A stretch of DNA of 40,273 bases from Candidatus Nanohaloarchaea archaeon (GTDB lineage: Archaea; Nanohalarchaeota; Nanosalinia; Nanosalinales; Nanosalinaceae), in contig JBKHHG010000003.1 of NCBI GenBank assembly GCA_046539225.1, forward strand, positions 1-40,273, given 5' to 3'. Positions within the stretch are counted from its first letter, which is position 1, and every line of letters starts with the position of its first letter. This document shows, piece by piece, positions 27,914-37,653 of this stretch. The notes under the pieces are model-generated. The model was given only the letters and a program-made list of their open reading frames with translations, was not told where the DNA came from and searched no databases. The position numbers were made by a program, and so were the translations under genes.

Positions 27914-30535
27914 TCAACGGTACTCTTCGCCCGGGAACTCTCTCTGCTTTCCTCGATCCAGTGCCGCGGAACTTGTCCACGTGTATTCAAACTCTGAGGC
28001 CTCCAGAAGGCCTTTAAGCGGGTCAAAGGCGTGTTCCTCGATCTTCGCCCACTCCCGGCTGTAATGAGGCCTGTCCATCCGGAAGAAACGCGCTATCAAG
28101 GCCTCTTCCTCGTCTTCAAAGTTTTTGCCCGGATCCACTCTTGAGGGATCGACTTTCTCCGGTTCTATTCCCATTTCGATCATGTTCATCGACAGCTTGG
28201 CTTTCTGGACTGTTCCTGTCTGATCTCCCCCGATCTCGTACATCACGGAGGCGCGTTCGTCTGACTGTGCGAAACCGGCTTTCACCATGTCGTGAAGCCA
28301 GGTGTAGAGCTGTTTGTCTCCAAAGCGGAAAGGCCCGTGTAAATGACCGGTTCCCTGCGTCGTTTCCTGCCCGGGTTTTGTCAGGTGGTACATCCTGACT
28401 ATTCCTGCGAGAGGCCTCTCTTTCTCGGCTTTCACGTCCCATTCGGACTCCGCAAGTTTCTCCTGCTGTTCGATAAGCTCCTCCATCTCCCTCCATGGAT
28501 CTGTGCCGAAGCTTGAAGTATGCTCAAGGTCTATAGTGAACTTCATCGGCGCTCCGTAAAGCTCATCGTTTATAGTCTCCAGCTGGCGTCTCGAGGTGAT
28601 GTTAACTGCGTGGCACGCCGCCACGATATGCTTGGGCTTCCAGAGCTTGAACTCCTGCTGGGGCGATCCCTGCATAGCCTCCATATTGACACCTATACCG
28701 TAACGGTTCATCCACTCCACCCATGTACAGCGATCGTAATCCTTCTCGATATACTGGTTGCCATCCATCTGGAACTTCGACTCTCTCTGTGTGAAATGCC
28801 CCCATACGTAGAGCGCGGCAGAGGCCGCGGCGACATCCCTCTGAAAATCCTGGTTGTTCTCAAGCATCTCAAAGTAGTCCTCTCCAAACTCGAAGTCCCA
28901 GTTATCTTCTACAACAGTCTCCCAGATAAATTCCGGGGCGCTGTAAGGCCTGTGAACCACTTCACCGTCTACAAGCCATTTATTATCGGCGTTAGCCATC
29001 CAGGCCGGCAGGATCTCGTAGAAAATCACGGACTCCATTCTCAACGCCCTCTCAAACCTCTGGCTTTCAAGCACTCTCCTCAGGAGATCGGCGTGAAGCT
29101 CCTCATAGTTTTTACGATCCCGGTCCTCGAAAAAGTCTTTATCACCGGCGAAAACCTTTGAAGCCGCGCTGTCAAGATCGAGATCGTAGCCGTTGACATT
29201 GTACTTCTCGCCTTCAGTCCCTATCTCATAGGCAAGCTCTATAACCCTGAGCTGCTGGACCTCAAGCCTTCTCTGGAGGCCTTGCATCTTTCCATCGATA
29301 GAGATATGCGCGTCCTCAACATCATCGTAGAGACTGTCTTCATGGCTTGGAGGCTTCCAGAGCTTGTCAAAGGCCTTTTTCAGGGCTTCCCTTATTACAT
29401 CCACGGCGTTATCCTCTGCAAACATTACCTGGAACTGTTCTTCATCCAGATCCCTCAGGAACCTGTTCAGCAGCCTGAACTCAGAGATAGGCCTTTCCTG
29501 CGCCAGAGCCTCATCGAAATCCGCCAGCGTCTCTATCTCCCTGGATTCCACCTGATCCGCCTCCTCATAAATTTCTCTTGCCCGGCCCTCAAGCTCATCA
29601 GGGTCACCCACACCTGCCTGTTCAAGAATATGCTGCCGCACCACCTCTCCGCTCTGCATCTCAAGATGCGGGTCCAGCTCCTGCTGTTCGACAATACTGT
29701 ACCAGCTGTTATCCACGGCCTTGTCCGTCATTGAAACGGTCTGCGCCATCGAAAGCTGGGCCTCAAGTATGTCCTCGATGCGGCCGAACTTCTGGATCTC
29801 CTCGCTGTAGATCCTCCAGCAGGCCTCATGTCGGGCTTTCTTCCAGATCCTGTCAAAGCCGTCGCTGTAGGAGGCGAACACCGAGTACTGTTCAAACGGG
29901 AAACGGGCCTCACGCCTGTAAAAAGTGTAGTAAAAGTCCTCAAGGAAATCTTTATTCCTGAAAATGTTTGCCTTCCGTTTATTTCTCTCATCCATCATGT
30001 TCTGCGTCAGATCATCGATTGGAATACCAAAGGGATCGACTGAAACATCCTGCGCCATTCTCTCCTCCAGAGCCGGGATTTCATCAGTGGAAACATGCGG
30101 ATTAATCCTGGAGATATTAAAGCTCAGGCCTCGAGCCTTTTTCTCCTCTTTAAAAGACGCGAACTCCTGAAGATACGATGTAAAGTACTGGTGCGTCGGG
30201 TTGAATCCTCTACCCTGTCCTGTCCTGTACGCAGAAGTATAGCCCACGTTAGGATCGCTGTGGAAGGACACGTCAAGGCCTAACTGCTCTATAACGTTGT
30301 AAAGAGGTTCACGGTCGAGATGGAAGCTTGAAGGATTCTCAACCTGGATCTCCATCTCGCCCCCTCCTCTCTGCGCGGTTCTGCCGACTCTCTCCGCCAG
30401 GGCCGATGGAATATCGTTGGTGACGTCCATTCCCGAGGTATTGCCGACCTTGTAGTTCAGACGGGATAGATCAGCCTCTCGGTCCTCCAGGCCTCCGTTC
30501 TTTTTCATCCTCTTCAGCAGGTATTTTAAAGCCAT
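27914..30535 (-). CDS. Large protein with xylose-isomerase/AP-endonuclease-2-like TIM-barrel motifs and a long insertion
   Basis: Ordered motifs MEIQ, SFHSDP, NPHVS ... NMEAM, TIDLEH, MYHLT, GHLHGP and MYEIG. Confidence 0.65.
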   Translation of the reverse strand: MALKYLLKRMKKNGGLEDREADLSRLNYKVGNTSGMDVTNDIPSALAERVGRTAQRGGGEMEIQVENPSSFHLDREPLYNVIEQLGLDVSFHSDPNVGYTSAYRTGQGRGFNPTHQYFTSYLQEFASFKEEKKARGLSFNISRINPHVSTDEIPALEERMAQDVSVDPFGIPIDDLTQNMMDERNKRKANIFRNKDFLEDFYYTFYRREARFPFEQYSVFASYSDGFDRIWKKARHEACWRIYSEEIQKFGRIEDILEAQLSMAQTVSMTDKAVDNSWYSIVEQQELDPHLEMQSGEVVRQHILEQAGVGDPDELEGRAREIYEEADQVESREIETLADFDEALAQERPISEFRLLNRFLRDLDEEQFQVMFAEDNAVDVIREALKKAFDKLWKPPSHEDSLYDDVEDAHISIDGKMQGLQRRLEVQQLRVIELAYEIGTEGEKYNVNGYDLDLDSAASKVFAGDKDFFEDRDRKNYEELHADLLRRVLESQRFERALRMESVIFYEILPAWMANADNKWLVDGEVVHRPYSAPEFIWETVVEDNWDFEFGEDYFEMLENNQDFQRDVAAASAALYVWGHFTQRESKFQMDGNQYIEKDYDRCTWVEWMNRYGIGVNMEAMQGSPQQEFKLWKPKHIVAACHAVNITSRRQLETINDELYGAPMKFTIDLEHTSSFGTDPWREMEELIEQQEKLAESEWDVKAEKERPLAGIVRMYHLTKPGQETTQGTGHLHGPFRFGDKQLYTWLHDMVKAGFAQSDERASVMYEIGGDQTGTVQKAKLSMNMIEMGIEPEKVDPSRVDPGKNFEDEEEALIARFFRMDRPHYSREWAKIEEHAFDPLKGLLEASEFEYTWTSSAALDRGKQREFPGEEYR

Positions 30536-32166
30536 TATTTCATCGTGTAAAGGCCTAAACTGATTTTCCAGTCGAAGTAGAAGTCGTACCTGAACTCGGC
30601 CATCATGGCACCCATTCCACCGCTGGGAGCGTAGTACTTGTCGGTCTGGCCGGTGAACTTCTTCAGCTCCTGTTGAAGCGGCGAGTACATCAGATCTTTC
30701 TCTTCTTCCTCTTCGTCTTCGATTCCAAGTACCTCTTTCAAGGCTTCAAATACTTCTTCGCCGAACTTTTCCTCTATCGAGTCCGGGGAGTCAAGGCCGT
30801 CCTCTATCCTCCGGATCTTGGATGAAAGCTCTATAGGCACTGGTTCGCCGACTTCTTCCTGAACCTTTATCCTCAAGTCCCTGACAGACATTTCCTTGTC
30901 TTCTCTGGCTTCCCTGTACTCCTGGGCCTTTTCATTGGGGTTAAAGCTTCCGACGTGTCGATCCACCATCTCCTCCGCCAGGCTCTCCGCCTTATTGATT
31001 TTAGGCCTGATAATATTATCGAAGACATGCTCACATACCACGGCAGGCCTCCAGAACACCACCCCTGTTGAACTGCCGCCGGGCTGGTTAGGCTGTCCGG
31101 AGTTCGCCTGCACAATATGCTGGCCGAAAAAGTGCATAACCCTGTAATGGGTTGCCTCGCTTTCATCCTCAGTGACCTGTAGCTGCCCCCCTTCTTTTTT
31201 CAGGCCTTTATACGCTATAAAGTCCAGCTGGCGTATCATTGCGGCGTAGCCCTTCCACTGGTAGTAGTTATCGATCATATGCTGGTTCTCGCCCATGTTG
31301 TTGATCATAACCACATCGCGGATATAGGGCTCGATTCGATCCCGGGTCTCTTCAATACTGCTTTCAACATGCCGAAGCTGGGACTTCAACTCTTCGAGTC
31401 TGCGGTTGACCACGCTACCATAAAGATCCTTCCATTTCTCGTACATTGCATACTTCTTCCTGAGTATAGCTTTCTCGTTGTCCGGAAGCTCGGCAAGATG
31501 GCCATCTTCTTCAACATCATCGTGTTTATCAGCTTTCTTCAGGTCGTCGACAGAGTCCATCTCCATAAAGTCAGATACGATCGTAGGATAGATATTACGT
31601 TCCTGAAGTGTCTTCAACGCGGCCTCGCCTCCCTGCTGGTTTCCCGCATCAGCACCGTCCACAAGCTCCACGAAGTCTCCCTTCAGAATATCCTCGTCCT
31701 TCGATGTAAAGGCCTCTGCACGGCTTCTCAACTTTCTAATATCGTGTTCAAGAAGATGCTTCTCCTCCAGCAGATCGGAGAAACCCTGCATAGTCTGATT
31801 GACCCGCTGCTCCGCCTGCTGCTTCCTCTGCATGAACTCGTCGTGGAGCTGGCTCTGGGGCGAAACAAAGATAGACTCCTCCACGCGGTGTACGCTGTAG
31901 TCAAGGTCCTGATCGTATTTATCAGGTGCGCTCAAAATCGTGGCGTAGGCGTCGCCCTGATCATTTCCAGAGACCTTAACCTTTCTAACATGACCCCCCA
32001 TAATATCCCTGATGCCTACTCCATCGTACTCTTCCTGAAGCTGTTGATAGGAGGTGATCTCGCCTTTCTTTATCTTATCGACTGCCTCAGCGGCTTCCCC
32101 GCTTGGGCCTCCCCTACCCGAATGCTCGAAATGGTGTCCAAAGTGGCAGGTTTCGTCCTCCGACAT
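30535..32166 (-). CDS. Hypothetical coiled-coil protein with possible XRE-like HTH; coupled to the next gene
   Basis: 543 aa acidic ORF; TAATG overlap at 30533-30537; REAREDKEMSVRDL...IRRIEDG segment. Confidence 0.75.
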   Translation of the reverse strand: MSEDETCHFGHHFEHSGRGGPSGEAAEAVDKIKKGEITSYQQLQEEYDGVGIRDIMGGHVRKVKVSGNDQGDAYATILSAPDKYDQDLDYSVHRVEESIFVSPQSQLHDEFMQRKQQAEQRVNQTMQGFSDLLEEKHLLEHDIRKLRSRAEAFTSKDEDILKGDFVELVDGADAGNQQGGEAALKTLQERNIYPTIVSDFMEMDSVDDLKKADKHDDVEEDGHLAELPDNEKAILRKKYAMYEKWKDLYGSVVNRRLEELKSQLRHVESSIEETRDRIEPYIRDVVMINNMGENQHMIDNYYQWKGYAAMIRQLDFIAYKGLKKEGGQLQVTEDESEATHYRVMHFFGQHIVQANSGQPNQPGGSSTGVVFWRPAVVCEHVFDNIIRPKINKAESLAEEMVDRHVGSFNPNEKAQEYREAREDKEMSVRDLRIKVQEEVGEPVPIELSSKIRRIEDGLDSPDSIEEKFGEEVFEALKEVLGIEDEEEEEKDLMYSPLQQELKKFTGQTDKYYAPSGGMGAMMAEFRYDFYFDWKISLGLYTMK

Positions 32167-32244
32167 AATACTGGAATTGGTCGCGACTCTACTTAAAAAT
32201 AGGCAGGGGTATTAAATCTTCAGATAGACCATTTCTCTGTAGAG

Positions 32245-32685
32245 ATGAAGCTGCTGCTCAAGAGACGGCTCAACCCCTTCCTGCTGCTTACAACGCTGGT
32301 AGGCCTTTCCCTGCTCGTAGGCCTTTCAATAGTCTTTCAGACCCAGCTACAGGAGATAACAGATGAGAACCATGGCCTGAAGGAGAGACTCTCCGAGAAA
32401 AACTCCGAACTCAACACCACAAGAAAGGAACTTAACGCATCCAGAGACAGGGAAAAACAGTTTCAGGACCAGATCAACGAGCTAAAAACAGAACTGGAGA
32501 ACCAGACAGAGTCAGAGCAAGGCCTCCAACAGGAGATAGAAAGAATGGAGAACCGGACACAGCAGCTTCAAAACGAGAACAATGACTACGCCGAAACAGT
32601 TGAAAACCTGAAAGACGACATCCAGTACATCTGCGAGGACGCCGACGGCCTGGACAGCTTTTCACAGAGCCTATGCGAGGACTGA
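32245..32685 (+). CDS. Membrane-anchored coiled-coil protein
   Basis: One N-terminal TM, about 100 aa heptad-rich region, C-terminal Cys pair. Confidence 0.75.
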   Translation: MKLLLKRRLNPFLLLTTLVGLSLLVGLSIVFQTQLQEITDENHGLKERLSEKNSELNTTRKELNASRDREKQFQDQINELKTELENQTESEQGLQQEIERMENRTQQLQNENNDYAETVENLKDDIQYICEDADGLDSFSQSLCED

Positions 32686-32692
32686 AGCACAG

Positions 32693-33412
32693 ATGAGAGT
32701 TGAAGACCTGTTCAAACGGCTTAAAAGAGAGTACTTCAAGATCAAGCTTCTGCAAAGTTTTCTCGACACTCTTATCATCGTCCTACTTTTGAACCTCGGA
32801 GCCATAATCATCAATTTCAGTTACGACCTGAGAATGCTCGCCGTTATAGGCCTGGCGTTTTTCCTAAGCAGGTTCTACTACCTTTCACGAAACTACTCGG
32901 TCGAAATATACGAAAACCAGAACCAAAGCCTTGAAGAGCTTTTGAGAACCGCGAGAGACAACCTTGACAGGAGGGACGAGATCACACAGGCCCTGTTCGA
33001 GGATGTGATGGATAGAGCGAGGAAGATGAGCTCTGAAACGATTATACCTTCTGATAGAGTGTTTCAGAAGCTTTTCCTGATCGGAGGCCTTGCGATACTG
33101 ACCGCGGTCTCAGGCCTTGTGGCCCCGACAGTCAGCTTTGAAGCCCCGGATTTCCAGGATTCTCTACCCGGCCCGGGTATAGGCGAAGAGGAAAAGGCGA
33201 ACTCCTCGGAGATAATGGGAGATTCGATCGATATCGACACCACCGGCACCGACGTCAACATTTCAGTTGAGGGCGAGGGCGAAAGCTTTGAGGAAGGCTT
33301 CAGGAAAGGCCTTCAGGACGAGGAGCTGATGTTTGAGGCCTCTGACGACAGGCTTGACAGAGACCTGGAGCTGGCGAAGAGGTACAGCGTTGCAATCAGA
33401 GGCCTCGAATAA
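32693..33412 (+). CDS. Membrane protein associated with the MoxR operon
   Basis: Three hydrophobic segments, E..N..L.E.LRTARDN motif and acidic tail. Confidence 0.75.
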   Translation: MRVEDLFKRLKREYFKIKLLQSFLDTLIIVLLLNLGAIIINFSYDLRMLAVIGLAFFLSRFYYLSRNYSVEIYENQNQSLEELLRTARDNLDRRDEITQALFEDVMDRARKMSSETIIPSDRVFQKLFLIGGLAILTAVSGLVAPTVSFEAPDFQDSLPGPGIGEEEKANSSEIMGDSIDIDTTGTDVNISVEGEGESFEEGFRKGLQDEELMFEASDDRLDRDLELAKRYSVAIRGLE

Positions 33413-33444
33413 ATTATTAATGACTGGCTTCTCCATTCTCTTGT

Positions 33445-34410
33445 ATGAAGCTCTCCGGTAAAAAGGACTCTGTGAAGTACGAGAAAGTGAATGAAAAACT
33501 CGCCGAAATCAAGAACGAGGTAGGAAAGGTAATGGTCGGTCAGGAAGAAGTGATCGACCAGGTGCTGACATCGATCCTCTGCGACGGCAACATACTTCTC
33601 GAGTCAAACCCAGGAATGGGAAAGACCAAGATGGCCTCAACAATTTCAAAGACTTTAGGCCTCGAGTTCTCCAGGATACAGTCCACTCCCGACCTTATGC
33701 CCTCCGACATTACAGGCACACATATCGTCGACGAATCCTCAGGGAAGGCAGAGTTTATCTTCCAGCAGGGACCGATCTTCGCCAACATGGTGCTCGCGGA
33801 TGAGATCAACAGGGCCACGCCAAAAACACAGTCGGCACTGCTGGAAGCAATGCAGGAGAAACAGGTAACCGTCGGCAACAACTCCTACAGCCTTGACAAA
33901 CCCTTCTTCCTGATCGCAACCCAGAACCCTCTCGAACAGGAAGGAACCTATCCACTACCGGAGGCTCAGAGAGACCGTTTCATGATGAAAGTAAAGCTGG
34001 ACTTTCCCAGCGGAGACGAAGAGAGAAAAATAGTCGAAAGGTTTACCGAGGAGCTCAACTACGAACCCGAACTCGAGAAAGTCGTTACAAAGAAAGGCCT
34101 CGTAAAGCTCCAGAAGTTCACACGGGAAGTACCGATCGCCGACGACATCCTGAAAGACGCGGTGAAGATAATAAGGGAGACAAGAGACAAGGAAAACCTG
34201 GAGTACGGCGCATCACCTAGGGCCTCGATAAACCTTGTGCTGGCGGCGAAAGGCCGGGCTCTCGTCGAAAACAGAAACCATGTATCAATGAAAGACGTGA
34301 AGAGAATGGCGAAACCAGTGCTCAGGCACAGAATCGGTTTAAGCTTTGCAGCGGAGAAGAAAGGCCTGAACCCTGACGACGTAATAGACGAGATAGTGGA
34401 GGAGCTATGA
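33445..34410 (+). CDS. moxR: MoxR-family AAA+ ATPase
   Basis: PGMGKT, RIQ.TPDLMPSDITG, ADEINRA.PK.QSALLEAMQE, ATQNP.E.EGTYPLPEAQ.DRF and GASPRA. Confidence 0.96.
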   Translation: MKLSGKKDSVKYEKVNEKLAEIKNEVGKVMVGQEEVIDQVLTSILCDGNILLESNPGMGKTKMASTISKTLGLEFSRIQSTPDLMPSDITGTHIVDESSGKAEFIFQQGPIFANMVLADEINRATPKTQSALLEAMQEKQVTVGNNSYSLDKPFFLIATQNPLEQEGTYPLPEAQRDRFMMKVKLDFPSGDEERKIVERFTEELNYEPELEKVVTKKGLVKLQKFTREVPIADDILKDAVKIIRETRDKENLEYGASPRASINLVLAAKGRALVENRNHVSMKDVKRMAKPVLRHRIGLSFAAEKKGLNPDDVIDEIVEEL

Positions 34411-35264
34411 TAGAGCCAGAGTTCCTCAAAAACCTTCAAAGGTTCCACCTCGCCCTGAAAAAGAACAGCGGCGAAGTACAGCAAGGAGAACAGGACTCAG
34501 AGTTCTCAGGCCATGGAATGATCTTCAAAGACCATAAAGAATACACGCCGGGCGACGACATCAGAAGAATCGACTGGAAGGCCTATGCACGGACAAAAGA
34601 CTTCTACGTAAAGCGTTTCGATGAGGAGAAAAACTTTACCGTCCACATCATCGTAGACCGGAGCAGCTCCATGGACTTCGGAGAAGAATCAAAGTACGAC
34701 TTTGCCTCGAAGATAGGCCTCGCCCTGGCTTACATGACCAACAGGACGAACGACAGGTTCCGTTTCTCCGTGTTTTCAGAGACTTTAACCGATCTTACCT
34801 CGGCAAGAAGAAATGGAAACCTTGTAAACCTTTTGGACACGTTGAACGAGCTCCGTAAAACCCCTGAAAGCCGTGTAGAGAAATGTATTACAGAGTACAG
34901 CTCGAGGATTGAGAACAGATCGGTAGTGGTGATAATATCCGATCTCCTGACCGATATAGACCAGATAAGGTCAGGCCTCCAGTCACTGGAGGAAAGCGAT
35001 GTCGTGCTTGTCAACGTCTTCGACGAGGAAGAGCTCGATCCATCGATGAAAGGAGACACTATCCTCGAAGACCCTGAGTCCAGCTCCACCCTGAGAGCCT
35101 ACGTCTCAAGAAAGACAAAGAACGAGTACAAGTCCAAGCTACAGAAACATGTAGAGGAGATAGAGGAGCTCTGCGACATGAACAACGCCAGGTACATACG
35201 GGCCTCAACCGGGGAAGACTTCTTCGAGTCTTTTATAGATATCTGGGAATCCGTAAACCAGTGA
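34407..35264 (+). CDS. DUF58 family protein
   Basis: F.DH.EY.PGDDIR.IDW.AYAR, D.S.SM and ISD; ATGA-coupled to moxR. Confidence 0.93.
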   Translation: MIEPEFLKNLQRFHLALKKNSGEVQQGEQDSEFSGHGMIFKDHKEYTPGDDIRRIDWKAYARTKDFYVKRFDEEKNFTVHIIVDRSSSMDFGEESKYDFASKIGLALAYMTNRTNDRFRFSVFSETLTDLTSARRNGNLVNLLDTLNELRKTPESRVEKCITEYSSRIENRSVVVIISDLLTDIDQIRSGLQSLEESDVVLVNVFDEEELDPSMKGDTILEDPESSSTLRAYVSRKTKNEYKSKLQKHVEEIEELCDMNNARYIRASTGEDFFESFIDIWESVNQ

Positions 35265-35971
35265 CAGAGTTCAACATTATAGATTCAAAACCTGCAGTCT
35301 ATTTCCCAGAGAAAGGCCTCATCGCAGTATCCGACCTGCATCTCGGGCTGGAAGGAAGCATGACATCCAGAGGCCACTACATACCCGAGTTCCAGCTCGA
35401 AGAGCTTAAAGAAGAGCTAAACTTCCTGAAAAAAGAGACCGATGCGGAGAGAATCGTGGTCAACGGAGACCTCAAAAACCAGTACTCCACAAGCTACACA
35501 GAGAAAAACGAGATAGAGGAACTGCTGCAGCACCTCAAAGAAACCTTCAAAGACGTTATAATAGTAAAAGGCAACCACGACACGTTCATAGAAGACACTG
35601 TAAAAGACAAAGGCCTCAGAACCGTCGAATCATACAGCGAAGACGGACTCCTCTTCGTTCACGGCCACGAAAAAGTCGAGGAAGAGTTTGAAACCCTGGT
35701 GATCGGCCACGAACATCCTGCGCTTGCCCTCACCGATGAAATAGGAGTAACGGAGAAAGTACCCTGCCTCCTCCACGGAAACACGGAAAGAGGCGAGATA
35801 ATAGTCTTGCCGGCTTTCTCAAAAATTTCCAGGGGCTCTGAAGTCAACAGAATGAATAAAAACGAGCTTTTATCCCCGATTCTAAGAGATGTAGGCCTGA
35901 AAGACTTTGAGGCCTACGCGGTCTCCCGTGAAGGCGGGGTCTACGACTTTGGAAAAGTTCAGAATCTGTAA
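35261..35971 (+). CDS. Calcineurin-like metallophosphoesterase
   Basis: SDLHLG, NGD, GNHD, HGH, GHEHP and LPAFS. Confidence 0.92.
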   Translation: MTEFNIIDSKPAVYFPEKGLIAVSDLHLGLEGSMTSRGHYIPEFQLEELKEELNFLKKETDAERIVVNGDLKNQYSTSYTEKNEIEELLQHLKETFKDVIIVKGNHDTFIEDTVKDKGLRTVESYSEDGLLFVHGHEKVEEEFETLVIGHEHPALALTDEIGVTEKVPCLLHGNTERGEIIVLPAFSKISRGSEVNRMNKNELLSPILRDVGLKDFEAYAVSREGGVYDFGKVQNL

Positions 35972-37134
35972 AGCTTTACAGAGTACGCAAGCATCACCAG
36001 AGCGATTACACCCGCTGAAGCAAAGCTTGCCGAAAGGCTGAAGGCCGATGCGACCGCTCCCGCCATCGTTGGCCCCACAAGGGAGCCTATATGTTTGAAA
36101 GTCTCCATGAAACCGACGAGTTCGCTTTCTACCTCCTCCGGCGCTCTACTATCGAAAATTGCATGGATTACAGGCGATAAACCGTTTGTCAAAGCTGCTG
36201 CGACGAAGAAGAATGCTCCCAGCATCAATGTGCTTTCCAGGAAGTACATTCCGAACAGTACAGGTGCGAGACCCATGGAAAACACGATAAGGCCTTTTTT
36301 CTTTCCTATTCTGTCCGCGAAGTCACCAAACAGTATCTGGAAGGCCTTAGGTAACGCAGCTAAACCGAAGATTATACCCATTTCGACGTAGGAGGCTCCT
36401 GCCTCTTCAAGGGCGAGAGGCACCGCCAGCCAGAAGAATGAGAAGATTATGGAGTAGAGGAAGACCATTATGTACGCGGGTCTAACCCGGCTCCAGTTTT
36501 CTTTCAGGTGGTGGAAGTCGTTGCTGTATGTCTTTGACTTGAAGAGTTTCTCGAAGTTAAGGACTCGAGAGCCTTTGGACGAAACCCCTATATAGGATAT
36601 GAAGATGCCCAGTGAGATGATCGCGGTCAGCACCCATAGCCCGAGCACCAGCGAGAAGCCCTGGTTCAGGATAAGGTATCCTCCTATTATAGGCCCGATG
36701 ATGGCTGCAAGGTTGGCGCCAAGCAAAAAGACTGACAGAGACTTTGACTCAGTGGATTCTTCAGAGCTTTTCATGGACAGGCTCCAGCCGCTGTTCCAGA
36801 TCAGGCTCTTCGTCACTCCCTCGAAAACCTTTCCGGCGGTTAGAAACAGTGGGGTAGCGATTAGATAGGCGAGCGCAGGCAGAGCCCCGACCAAAAGGCC
36901 TGTGAAGAATACGAACTTTTCGCCAACCCTCTGCACATAGTTGCTGACCGGTATGTCAAGCAGGACAGCGACAGCAGAAGGTAGAGACGTTAATAGGCCT
37001 ATCAGGAAAACCATGTCGATATGCATCTTGAAGTAGACCGGCAAGAACTGCCAGACCATGTTGCGGCCCAGCCAGGCAAAAAGCATTACTGCGGAAAGAT
37101 ACTTTGTAATCCTTGGAATCTCCTGTAAAGCCAT
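35959..37134 (-). CDS. MFS transporter
   Basis: About 12 TMs; GDFADRIGKK motif A. Confidence 0.88.
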   Translation of the reverse strand: MALQEIPRITKYLSAVMLFAWLGRNMVWQFLPVYFKMHIDMVFLIGLLTSLPSAVAVLLDIPVSNYVQRVGEKFVFFTGLLVGALPALAYLIATPLFLTAGKVFEGVTKSLIWNSGWSLSMKSSEESTESKSLSVFLLGANLAAIIGPIIGGYLILNQGFSLVLGLWVLTAIISLGIFISYIGVSSKGSRVLNFEKLFKSKTYSNDFHHLKENWSRVRPAYIMVFLYSIIFSFFWLAVPLALEEAGASYVEMGIIFGLAALPKAFQILFGDFADRIGKKKGLIVFSMGLAPVLFGMYFLESTLMLGAFFFVAAALTNGLSPVIHAIFDSRAPEEVESELVGFMETFKHIGSLVGPTMAGAVASAFSLSASFASAGVIALVMLAYSVKLYRF

Positions 37135-37355
37135 CAGTGGGTCACGAAGCCTGGTTCGTCGTCTTCTTCCTCTTCTTCCTGCTCCTGCTTTTTATGCTTC
37201 TCTATATACTCCTGCTTGGCCTCCTCCTTTAATTTCTCAAAACGTTTACGCGCAAGATCCTCGTCTTCGGTACCTGCTTCCTCTTTCTTCAGCTTCTCAT
37301 ACCTGTCAGAGGAGTCATCCCCGTCAGAACTCGCGGCCTCAAGAAACTTGTTCAC
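37134..37355 (-). CDS. Small charged hypothetical protein (probable GTG start at 37355)
   Basis: GTGA overlap with the upstream stop and TGATG overlap with the MFS start. Confidence 0.65.
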   Translation of the reverse strand: MNKFLEAASSDGDDSSDRYEKLKKEEAGTEDEDLARKRFEKLKEEAKQEYIEKHKKQEQEEEEEDDEPGFVTH

Positions 37356-37567
37356 TCCTTGCCACCTATGAAAGGCAGAAACCTGCCCCATTTCACGGAT
37401 TTTTCAACAGCTTGCGCCGACTCCTCAACCGACTTGACGGATTCCTCGGCCTCCTGTACGAAAGAGTTCAGGTTTCTCAGGAGGAACAGGAGATACATTC
37501 CGAGGGCCACAGCGGTAACCTTGACCGCCACATCCAGAAAAGAGTTAAGCGCGGCGTATTCAATCAT
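37352..37567 (-). CDS. Small single-TM protein with short coiled coil
   Basis: Hydrophobic helix followed by an EES-rich heptad; first gene of a coupled 3-gene unit. Confidence 0.65.
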   Translation of the reverse strand: MIEYAALNSFLDVAVKVTAVALGMYLLFLLRNLNSFVQEAEESVKSVEESAQAVEKSVKWGRFLPFIGGKE

Positions 37568-37653
37568 AACAGTTATTTGACAGGCCTCTGCTTTATATTT
37601 TTCCGTATGTCAAACAATTATAAGCCTGTAACCCGAATTTTCTACGTGATAAC

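Noticed and set aside
28520..29161. 213-aa plus-strand ORF and neighbouring short ORFs
   Set aside because: Antisense shadows of the 873-aa gene with no recognisable motifs.
31279..32196. 305-aa plus-strand ORF
   Set aside because: Antisense to the acidic 543-aa gene; composition typical of a reverse-frame artefact.
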